Origin: Azolla caroliniana | Lineage: Eukaryota > Plantae > Polypodiophyta | Length of the DNA: 64,000 nt | Assembly: GCA_043228905.1 (NCBI GenBank) | Contig: JBHGNT010000003.1 | Span: 19,778,001-19,842,000, forward strand | Direction of reading: 5' to 3' | Shown: piece by piece, positions 48,013 through 59,202 of the stretch | How positions within the stretch are numbered: position 1 is the first letter of the stretch | How the letters are laid out: each line of letters starts with the position of its first letter | Position numbers and translations under genes: made by a program | The notes under the pieces: model-generated | What the model was told of the DNA's origin: nothing | Databases searched by the model: none | The model's input: the letters and a program-made list of their open reading frames with translations, nothing else

Positions 48013-51000
48013 TAGGAGGGCATGTATGGACAGGGTATGGACTTAGATTTTGTCCAACATATGAAGGGGCGTGAGATGCTAGTAAGCTCAGGATCTAACA
48101 TTAAGTCATTATAGAGATTTTTTAGAAAACTATGAATGCCTAGTTTTGGGGTATGTTTGGTGTATCTAAGTTTAAAGATTGTGGGGTTAAGGGAGGTAGT
48201 AGTTTTGGGTTGATATAGGAGTGTTTTTCTAAGATTAAAAGGTATTTTCTTATAGCTTTTTAGTATAAAGGACGGACGGTAACCACGGTTAACTAGTCTA
48301 TTGAAAAAGAGTTTTTTCATTTGGTAGAAAACTAATGGGGTGCTTTCTCTAATGAGATATCTCCTCACTTCATTAGTGATAAAGTGTTGTTTTGTATGGG
48401 AAGGATGATCCGATGAAAAAGGCAAGTATTGGTATGAATTGAGAGGTTTTTTAAAACAATTGAATGAAAAAGATGAGTTTTCGAGGTTGATCCATATGTC
48501 TAAAAAAGGTAGCCTAAAGGTGGAAGTTTGAATAGTAAGCTTGATGGAGTTATTTGTGTGTAAAGGATAAAAGTCGAGATATTCTAAAAGTTGAGATTTG
48601 GTGCTAGTCCAAACCCCAAATGCATCATCAATATAGCGGGTGAAGTAGAAGAGATGGGGGGGCGATGGTTGTAAGTTTTTGAGATATACTAAAAAGAGGC
48701 ATGCATATACGACTGAAAAGTTGCTACCCATGGTCATACCTTTTATTTGTTGGTAAACTACGCCATCGAAAGTGAGATAGTGATATTCTAAAACAATGGC
48801 ACTAAGGGTATAGATGAGATAAGTTTTCGAAGGGGAAAAGTGGGGCATGATTAGACTACGTAGGGCTTGGATTCCTAGCTTAGGGGGGATACTAGGACAG
48901 AGAGATTCAACGTCAAACGTGAATAAGAACTATTATATGGTGGGTGCAGGTTTTCTAGTGATTGGATTAGTGTGTGAGAGTCTTTTAAATATTGTGGTCG
49001 GAGAAGGAGGATTGGTAGAAGTTGGTGGTGTAACCACTTCGATGTTTGTTCAAATAAGGAGTTATTATATGAACAAATGGGTCGAAAACCCATAGGTGTT
49101 TTGTGTAATTTAGGGAGGAAATAGAGGTTGGATACTTGATATCCTTTTATGGGTTTGTGGAGGATGAAATTGGCTTCAATTAGGGAAAGTGTACCTAAGT
49201 GGTTTGTTATTAAGGCGGTATAGTAACTCTTCCAAGGGGAAGTGGTTGACTATCTTATAGGTGGTAGAATTCGAGAGGTGTTCTATGGCTTTGGTGTAGT
49301 ATGTGTCTTTATCTAGAACACATGCTCCCATATTTTTATCGGTTGGGAGGATGATAATGTGTTTGTTGTGTTGGAGGCTTTTAAATGCTCTAGAGAGGTG
49401 GTATGGGATTCTAGTGTTTATGGGCTTAGTGTTGTGTGCTATTTGGTTAAGGATATGTTGGTGTTTTTCTATTATGGAGACTAGGGGTGGATATTCTATG
49501 GGTGGCATCCAACTAGGGTTAGGTAGTTTGAAGGGGTTGAGAGGAAGTGAAGGTGTATTTCTAAAAAAATGTTTTAGCGTGAGGGATCTAGAGAGGTGGG
49601 TGAATTCTTTTAGGATATTGTTGGGGGGGGGGGGGGGAGGGGTTAATATAATATGGAGGATGTGTAGGGGGGATATGAGTTGAATATGGAGGATGTGTTG
49701 GGGGGGAATGGTAAGTATAATGAGAGTAATGTGGGCTAATTAAAGGGGTACGGGTAGGGTAAGGATTTGAAAAAAGGTCGGGAAGGGCATTATGAAAATT
49801 AGATGATAATAGGGGAGGTGTAGAGTGATAAATGGAAGAAAATTGTGGGGAGTTTGAATGGAATTCTTCAAAATAAGGGGGGTGGGTAGAGTAAGAATTA
49901 GACAAAAAGGGGGAGGGGGTATCCATGTAATATTTAGAAAGTAAAAAGGGGGTAGGAGGAGGAGGATGGGGGAACGAGTGAGAGAAAGAGAGAGGGGGGG
50001 AGAAGGAGGAGGAGGAGGAGGAGGAGGAGGAGGAGGAGGGAGTTGTTTGCTCGAAGGCCCGTATCCGCGCAGGCAGTAAGCAACAGATTGGTTCGTAACA
50101 AAAACAGCTTAGAAAAGAAAAAGAATAAAGTTATTTCCTATTAAACTAGTGATTGTAAAGAAAAAAATCCTTCACAACGCCAAGGTATTTTAGCAAGACA
50201 CTACATAAGACTTTCGCCCTGGATGATATATGGGTTCTCATGAGAAAGAAAGAGAGGCTACATGGGGGGAGAGAGGAGTGGGGAAGATTAGGGTTACGTA
50301 GGAGGGAGACATTGTTTTCTTCATAATACATGTGTGGGGTTGGGAGGAGGGGGCATGTATCCATGATAGCTGCCTTGTGCAGTCCCGTGCATCATGCCAT
50401 GGAGGGGGGGTTGTACATTTATAGGCCAACTGTCATACACAGTCCAGAGCCTTACATCGACGGGGGAGAACGAGTATGTATGATGGTTTCCGTTTCCATT
50501 TCAATAGATATGGTCGTTACTAGGTTGAAGATAGAGTGGCGGCCATGCCTGTAATTGTGGATGGTGTTGGTCGCACCAGAGTTCGTTGTGAGTGTGTGGT
50601 TGGTTCTTGTCAAATGTCAATGGCGGGCATGCTATGTATGGTGCTGAAGTATTTGGATCCGACACATATGGTGGATGGTGTCCGGCGTTGATTGTGGTAT
50701 AAGGATGTGAGGGAAGTTTATTTGGTTTATAAAATGTGACCCTCGGGCCATAAAGGTTGAAAGGGGGAATGGAGTTCTTACTAACTCTACCTTTGATAAT
50801 ATTCGGCTATGCTTTCCACACCTCTTAGACAAATCCAATTCTTGCACGAATTTCTATCACAATCACATTGTGCACTCCGAATTGCAACATTCATCGGTAA
50901 AGTTCTTAAATATCGAGAGTTGCTACTCAATTTCACATGTATTAGTTGAAATGTAATATTTTTGGTCTCATTGGTCATATTTGATGTCTGAAGACAATAA

Positions 51001-51022
51001 TAGAATCTCTCTCTCTCTCTCA

Positions 51023-51247
51023 TTTTTTATCGTAAGTACCTTACCCTAATGGTAAACCCTGCCGACTCAGGAAGAGTTTATACATACAAGCATTGTGTTC
51101 TGGCTTCGAAACCCAACTTCCTCACCTCTCTATTATATACTTCTTCTATATCTCTTAATTCACTAGATGCCACTGTGGAATGTAGGGGTTGAACCCATGA
51201 CCACCTTGTCTACATTGGGCAACCTTACCAATTGAGCTACATCCATC
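51023..51247 (-). mobile_element. tRNA-derived SINE-like element inserted in a (CT)n microsatellite
   Basis: tRNA-like head with A and B boxes and an ATAAAAAA tail. It is absent from the paralogous site at ~43610 and has a second copy at 59014-59202. Confidence 0.7.
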
Positions 51248-51255
51248 CAGGCTCT

Positions 51256-51286
<31 letters not shown>

Positions 51287-54116
51287 AGCTCTAGCTCTAT
51301 GTGTTTTTCCACTCTATTTTCTAATATTTAACTTTTGGTTTTGTTTCTTTCTCTCTCTCTCTTTTCTACGCTACCCCTAGAGAGTGGCATATAAAGAATA
51401 AGTAATGATGAAATTACACAAATATCCCATACATTAGTTTGTAGTTGTGGGTTCCACTTGGGTGGAAAATACCGCACATTTGTTACTATTGGAACTTTAT
51501 TGGCAATAAGTAATTCAGCTGTTCATGGTAATCAGAAGTGATGTGTTCAAAAAAAATTATACAGTTTTGGGATATTTTGGGATGGATATAACAAACATAT
51601 ATAATTATCATAGAGTCTAACAGTTACTTATAAATCATATGCTTGTCAATTTCATGAAAATGTGATCAATTGATAAGTCTCCGGCCTCATGTTGCAAGTT
51701 GCAATGGATTTTATATTTCGTTCTCTAATATAGAATTTCTTTGTCATTTTGATCTTATATAATGCAACATGTAGACAATGACCAATGACATTCCGAGATT
51801 ATTTCATCGTTTAGTATATCAATATACAAATGTCTCAAATGGATGCTATGATAAATTTATTTTCCTCCAAGAGATGGCTTCTACATATATATGTGTCTTA
51901 GATTATAATTAGTAAAGGACATTTTTGTCGTTTTCAACTTTTTAATTATGGAAAGTCATCTATCTGTAAAGTTGATTCCAATTTCTTCAAGGAGAAAGTC
52001 TTAAGGGAATGGGTGGATATATGTGATATGACACTCTAGAAGGGGAGGAACCAATATTGTTGCCATCATCAATAATAGTGTCAGTTGAAATAGTAATGAA
52101 GTAATATACATATCAATCTTAGCTTAAAAACTAAATTACATTCAAGGGGTGGTTATGGTCATACATTTTCTCAATTTATAAACGTTAATCATTAATATTT
52201 TGCGGAATTAATGTTTAGTAGTATACTATTAGGGAAATGATGCAGTTGTAAGAAGGTGTTATAATTGTGTTAGGTGTAGGTACAAATTTTAGAAGTTGAT
52301 TCTCAATGAATTTATGGGTAGGATAAGTCAAACACCTATTATCTTATTAGGAGTTGAGACAACGTTGTAAGCGAGAACCATAGGATTGAATGTTTAATGT
52401 TTATTGTGGTGTCAAATTTCCATGGACGTGATCCGAAAGTGTGCTTAGTTGTAATGAATAAATAATAAATTTAATTATAGTTTATGTGATCTCAAATGAG
52501 AACCACTAGGAATAATATTGATGTTGAATGGATTAGTGTATGTCATCCGTGAGCCGAAAACCGATAAGAGAATGCATAATTTTCAGACTTTATTGGTAAT
52601 ATTTGGCGGTGATGATTAATGGACTTTCGATGCTCATGGTAATAAGACCTTATGTGCTCATGGATTGATATAAACAAATATAAAATCATTATAGTCTAAC
52701 ATGTTGCAAATCATGTGCTTCTCCATTTCATGTGGAATCATGTGATCAATTGACAAGTCTAAAGTTGCAAGGTGCAATGGATTTGACAGTTTCGTCGTTT
52801 AATATAAAGTATCTTCGTCGTTTCGATCTTATCGAGAACATGTAACATGATGATGTACAATGACTTTATAACATATCATTTCATCATTTAGCATATCAAT
52901 ATATACAAATGTCTCAAATGGATATGAAATTTCCCATGAACAGTTTACTTAAATAACTTGTCTCTTAGATTTTTATTTTTATTTTTAGTAAAGCATTGCC
53001 ATCACTCTCAACTCTTGAATTGTTGAAAGTGATCAAGATGCAATGTTGATTCTAATTTCTTAAAGGAGAAATTCTTAATGGAATGGGGTCGGATATAATA
53101 TGGAAAGGAACATAAATCCTACTCGTTGGGGCAGACAATTTTATTGCCATCATTATTACTCCCTTCTCCATTACTTTTTTTTCCAAAAGAGAATATACTC
53201 CATTAGTTAAAATATACATGAACACGATCCCTTCTCCATTACTTGTTTCTTATATTAGTGATAGTGAGTTCAAGCATTAATCAAGTCATAAAATACATGT
53301 AGACCTTAGCAAAAAAAAGTTAATCACATTCTAGTGGTCGGCATGGCTATCATTGCCTCGATCATTTATGAACGTAAATCATGAACATTGTTGAATTTAA
53401 TGTTTACTAATATAATGTCAGGGAAGTGATAGAGTAATAAAGGGACATTGCCTTAGGTACAAAATTTAAAAGCTAATTTTCAATGTATTTGTGGGTAGGA
53501 TCAGTAAGAGACCTATTATCTTATAAGGACTTGAGACTACGTACAAGTGAAAACACGATTGAATGTTTATTGTGGTGTCAAATATCCATGGATGTGATCA
53601 CAAAGTGTGTGTACTTGTAATGAATCAATGGTTATTCTTCTAGTGTTAATGCGAAGGTCGGTGATCTCAAATGAGAACCACTAGGAGTAGCTGATGTAAG
53701 GGGATCAATGTTGAATGGGTTAGTGTAAAAACACCAAGAATATATTTAATTTTCACACTAAACATATTATATCTTGACACATGAATACACATCTTATTGC
53801 TAAGTATATTGATATTGGATGGCCACTAAAATGTGACAACAAAATGAGTAAAACTCGAGTGTACTAGAATAGGTTTTACTTAACAAAAATTACGTTTTAT
53901 TGAATATGCTGGACTATACACAGCTTTTCAACAAAGAATCAACCCAATTTGTTTTTGTTGAATGTCATGGAAATGTACATATCTTTTCTTGAAATGAAGT
54001 TCGAAACAATTTATTTTATTTGAATATGCAAAGATTTGGGCGTAGGTTTTTTCAATGTCGGGATCGAAACAATACATACTAGAAGATTGTGTTGTTAACA
54101 TGCGGTCCGTCAATCT

Positions 54117-54656
54117 CTAGAGGAAGTGAGAGTCATGATAAAAGGTGTACACATTGTTGGGCGCAACACGGGCGAACGAGATGAGCGCATAGCCATTGGC
54201 ACCGCGGAAGGTCCCGGTACCGCCCACGATGGCCACTTCATTGGTACCCGAAGTGCCGACCAGCCCGGTGATCACAAACGTCCCGTTGTGCTTGCCGGTG
54301 CCATCGTTATATTCTATGACCACCGTCTCGAGGCCACGTGCCACGCCCGTGAGGTAGCTCGTCTCGATCGTGTAGCCGCGGCTATACCCGAGCTGCTTCG
54401 AGGTCACGTTGATGGCTTCGGTGACATTGAGCGCGAAGAGGACGCCCGACCCAAAATTGGCAGAGAAGGATCGGTTGAGGGCCGGCAAGAAGTTCGGGTT
54501 CGCATTGATGCCTCCAATTTGGATGTGCACATAGTAATTCAGGACAAAAGGCTTGTAAGTAGATTTCTTGGCCTCTACTTGCATGGTGGTGGTGCCCATG
54601 ATGGCAAGGAGTACAAGGAACACTCCAAGTGCCATAGGTACATAGTTGGATGCCAT
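54117..54656 (-). CDS. DIR: Dirigent-like secreted protein, 179 aa (protein identical to 46447-46986)
   Basis: Duplicate copy with one synonymous change seen. Confidence 0.88.
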   Translation of the reverse strand: MASNYVPMALGVFLVLLAIMGTTTMQVEAKKSTYKPFVLNYYVHIQIGGINANPNFLPALNRSFSANFGSGVLFALNVTEAINVTSKQLGYSRGYTIETSYLTGVARGLETVVIEYNDGTGKHNGTFVITGLVGTSGTNEVAIVGGTGTFRGANGYALISFARVAPNNVYTFYHDSHFL

Positions 54657-56569
54657 TACGTCTATATCTCTCCTTCTCTCTTTCTCTTTTTCTTTTGTTG
54701 AATGACTTAGTGAATGTTCTAATGCACTTGTTATATAATGTGTTGAGATGTGAGATCTAAGTCATGCCATTTATATACCATCCACATACACACACATAGA
54801 CACCCCCCCCCTCCCCTAGGTGTGGTCGTCGACTCAAACAAATACCACACGGTTTTCAAAAAGTCACACCCCACACATTTTGTAATTGCGGCCATTGACT
54901 TTCATCTATATTTAAAGGTTAACCAATTTGTGAATCTCGAGAACTTTATATCCACCCCAATATATTTGTAAATATATTGTAATCGTCGTCATAATTTCTG
55001 CCTTTCCTATGCAGGCGAATGCATACCCCATTCATTTCGATGACTTCATATTAGAGTGTCAACTTCTCCATTTATTTCAAGAAATTGTGCCACTACTTTA
55101 GTCGGTGGTTTGATGCAATACATCGTGTTTTATACATGCACGTTCATTCACAATGTCAAACAATGTTTATGTATTCATGGATAGGGATGAAAATATTTGT
55201 TGACACTCCATGCTAATGGAACTTTATCCACTCAATTCTTAATTAGAAGACATAATCGTAAATAATCAATGCTCTTACAAATATGTTGACACGCATATAT
55301 GAGGTGAACCTTGTGTGGGAAAAAACATTAGACCATGTATAGTTTAGTAGACGGTACACCATTATTTCTTCGTCTATCAAATAAAATATGCCTTTGTTTA
55401 TCCATTTGAAATATAGCGTGCAACTTAATAAGATCATGACACAAAAGTAAATGAAATCTAGATGTAAAATATCAATACGTTGAATCAATAGCGATGGATA
55501 ACAGATAGTAATTATTATGGTTACAAGTAATAGAAGAAAAAAATGTAGAGTGGCTTTATTGAGATCTAAGCAGTGAATGAAAATTTTGAGACCACCACTA
55601 TAGCTAAAGGAATAACATTTTTGCTTGCCAGCCCCTCCTAGTTTTGTTTTCATGTGTGAAAAAATCTCAAATCGATGTATTTAGCAATTCTATTTTTTTT
55701 CTTCATATGCTAGGAAAATGAGCTAATCTAACAATAGTCTTGCAAGTTGCAATCATGAGCTTACATGATGAACCAACTTCATCTCAAAATTGTTAAGCTA
55801 TGGATAGATATAAATGTGTGGTACTAGTCGAAATAGCTCTAGTCCATACTTCTAGTGATGCATAGACAAAATAATGTGCAACCATGTATATAAAACTGAA
55901 CCCTCCACTACCGATAAATATTTGAACAAGTTCTCTATGGTAACGTTATGTTCCTCCATTATATGCTATCCCTTTTTTTCTCCCTCATATATTTTCATGT
56001 CCTTTGTGATCATAACCTAATTAACTGATAACGTGGAAAAGAGTTTGAAATTGCCAATTATTTGTGAGCCAACTATTAAGGATGCAATACTTGTGAGCCC
56101 TTTGTGAGATATACATCAAAATCTAAAATGTTGTTGCACTCTCATCTAATGCTACTATTACTCATTGGTTTCAAAGAACTTTTGTATAAATGAATTAGAG
56201 GAAATCATGAATAAATAGGTGCACAATTTTATGAGAATTCTATAGAAAACTTTGCCTAGTAGCCATGATGTTGGATAAGATAATATTGGGGTATTTAAGT
56301 CTCCTAAACGTTATCGATGTAATACATCACCAAAGGTATGAAAATATTGTGGGCGTGGGAGCAATGTGAAAAAGTTGACAAATAACATATTGGGGCTTCA
56401 TGCGATTCACGTGGGTATAGGCTTCATATATGTATATTAACGAATATCAATCAACAATGGAGAGAGAGAGGGGGGGGATGCACCATTAGAACTACTTGTA
56501 CACCTTTTTGATAGCTAATTATAGTGGGTGATAACATTTTATTTATATTTGTGTAGCAACACAATAGAC

Positions 56570-57115
56570 ATGGCAACCAACGGTAGGCCCTCAAAGGGTA
56601 ATGGTGTATTTCTTTTTATTGCAATATTATTGCTTGCATGTGAACCTCAACATGTCGAGGCTGGTCACAGATCTCAATACAAGCCATTTGTGTTGAAGTA
56701 CTATGTCCACATCCAAATTGGTAGTGTGAATGTCAACACCAACTTTGTGCCCCCCCTCAACAGGTCCTCCTCGGCCAACTTTGGCGCTGGAGTGCTTTTC
56801 GCTCTAAATGCTACCAGAGGTGTCAGCACTAAGTCCAAGAAATTGGGATACAGTCGCGGGTATACCATTGAGACAAGCTATTTGACAGGCATTTCACGTG
56901 GTGTCGAAACCACAGTATTGGAGTACAATGATGGAAGGAGGCACAATGGGACATTTGTAATCATGGGGATTGTGGGTACATTAGGTTTCAACGAGGTGGC
57001 CATCGTGGGTGGAACGGGCACCTTCCAAGGTGCCAATGGATATGCCTTCATTTCCTTCATTAGAGCAACATCCACCAATGTCTACACCTTCCATCATCAA
57101 ACCCACTTCATTTAG
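56570..57115 (+). CDS. DIR: Dirigent-like secreted protein, ~181 aa, divergently oriented paralog
   Basis: MATNG start, signal peptide, YKPFVLKYYVHIQIG...NEVAIVGGTGTFQGANGYA. Confidence 0.88.
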   Translation: MATNGRPSKGNGVFLFIAILLLACEPQHVEAGHRSQYKPFVLKYYVHIQIGSVNVNTNFVPPLNRSSSANFGAGVLFALNATRGVSTKSKKLGYSRGYTIETSYLTGISRGVETTVLEYNDGRRHNGTFVIMGIVGTLGFNEVAIVGGTGTFQGANGYAFISFIRATSTNVYTFHHQTHFI

Positions 57116-59013
57116 AACAATAAAAATTAACTTTACTTTTTGTTTCAATACTTAATCATATTATTATTATTATTCGTAAGGCTCAAGAAGGTCCAATTCT
57201 ACATATTATGCATGTATAAAGACTTTGCTATGTGATTATGTATATCAATTCATTGTTGACACTTTTTGCAACAATATGCATGTGAGGGATGAACATGTCA
57301 CACTTATTGCACCTAATATACGTAATCAAACAAATTGCACACAAAGATCTTGTTTGTGTGAGTTAGTTTTACGTCGTTCTTGGCTTCTCAATGTTTTTAA
57401 GTGCTAAAGGTTGTCATTATTTAGTTAGCCCTTGTATATATATAAACTTTTAACAACCTTATACATAAGATATTTGAAATGATTCAATACTTAATCTCAA
57501 AGACACAAATCCTGACCAAATATAGCTTAACAAGATTGTTTGGTCCAAAAATGACTAATTTAATCAATATTAGAGTTTCTTTAGTTTGTTTTCCAAAGTC
57601 AATATTTCGCAAATATTTCCATCCAATCTTTAAAATGTTGGTTAAACTTTTGTTTACATCTTTAGCCAAGTATACAAAGGGTTTTGTTGGTTGAAATTTT
57701 GTAAACTATCATAATCATGTACATATTCTTCTTTGATAATAATTGACTAAAAAATGAGTGGATCTCTTCATTCCGCATTGAGAAAGCTCATAATATTGCA
57801 GTGTGCATCTTTAAACAATTTATTATACAAAAGAGCCTTTTAGGTTCAATATGCGAAGTTCCAATAGACCTTACTTTTCTTAACTAACATTAGAGTTTTT
57901 TTTACCTTCCATTTTAGTAGTATTTTCTTTACATATTATTTTAATATAAATTGTTTTTACCCAATATAAATTAGTGCTTGAATTTGTGATGGTGAGGAAG
58001 GGCATTAGTACATAGATCCATGTACAAGGTCTAGACTCAAAGCAATTGGAAAAGTTGCTTTAACACCCTGGTAGGTATTGCCAATTTCTTGGTACACCAC
58101 ATTCATGCATTCACAATTCATGTTATTATATTAATATTACTAAAAGGTGTTCTATTTGCATGCAACTCATGTCTAATACTTGATAAAGGAAATCTCGGTT
58201 TTCATTTCGTTTGCGATGGACCCGATAGGTGGCGAGGTAGGTGCCAAAAATCGTGGCATGTACTTGACTTTAAATGAAAAAAATCTTGTCATTAATTTCC
58301 CTTTTGAATCATCTCCAACTCCTTCTTGATTTCTTATCACCACAGTAAGAGATAGATAGATAGATTCTCTTATTGTTTTCGGAGGTGAAATATGACCTAT
58401 GAGACCAAAAATATTACATTTCACGTAATACGTGTGAAAATGAGTAGCGACTCTTGATGTTTAAGAACTTTGCCAATGGATGTTACACTTGAGAATGCAT
58501 GTTGTGGTTGTGAGAAATATTTGTGCAAGGATTGGGTTTAGCTGAAAATGTGTGGAAAAGCATGGTCTAATATGATCAAATGCAAAGCATTGCATCAAAG
58601 TGTGATACTCTGACTCTCAAACTTGTTTAGGGCAAACTGTGCATAGTCCACTCTCATCACTTGTGCACCAATACCCTATCTCAAATCGCAATGCATGTGA
58701 GCTAAGTCGCATGGAAGCAATGGTTCGAAACAAGATGGGCTTTAACATGTATCAATGCGTATAGTTTCCCCATTCCGCGAACAATATGGTTTTGTAATTA
58801 GGTGCAATATGTGTACTATAATATGTGAAGTGTGAGCCTCCACATTTGTCCCATTTCATGATACATTGGCGTTGCAAAAAGGCCTCATTTACAAAGGTAT
58901 CTAGTGATGCCTCATGAAGCAAGTGTATTGCATCCCATTTACCAAACCATTTTTCCATATCTTGCATCCAACTAGAACATAATATTGAGAGAGAGAGAAA
59001 GAGAGAGAGTTTA

Positions 59014-59202
59014 GATGGATGTAGCTCAATTGGTAAGTTTGCCCAATGGAGACCAGGTGGTCATGGGTTCAACCCCTACATTCCACAGTGGCATCTAGTG
59101 AATTAAGAGATATATAAGAAGTATATAATAGAGAGGTGAGGAAGTTGGGTTTCGAACCCAGAACACAATGCTTGTACGTATAAACTCTTCCTGAGTCGGC
59201 AG
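59014..59202 (+). mobile_element. SINE-like element, copy 2, after (GA)n and fused to a truncated Copia RT
   Basis: Closely similar to 51059-51247 in inverted orientation. Confidence 0.7.

Larger units (their letters stand above)
47417..50100 (-). mobile_element. Penelope-like retroelement (RT; no endonuclease seen), degenerate
   Basis: IILPTDKNMGACVLDK, FLPKLHKTPMGFRPICS, GMTMGSNFSVVYA, RYIDDAFGVW, LPFLDI and YLPFSSDHPSHTK are hallmark Penelope-like RT and thumb motifs. Confidence 0.85.
43389..55077. repeat. ~4-kb direct duplication (43389-47416 and 50785-55077) carrying a dirigent gene
   Basis: Near-identical blocks offset by 7670 bp. Copy 2 has an extra ~270-bp insert in its (CT)n tract. 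Confidence 0.95.

Noticed and set aside
57120-58980. Short ORFs in the AT-rich intergenic region
   Set aside because: No motifs or coding signal recognised.
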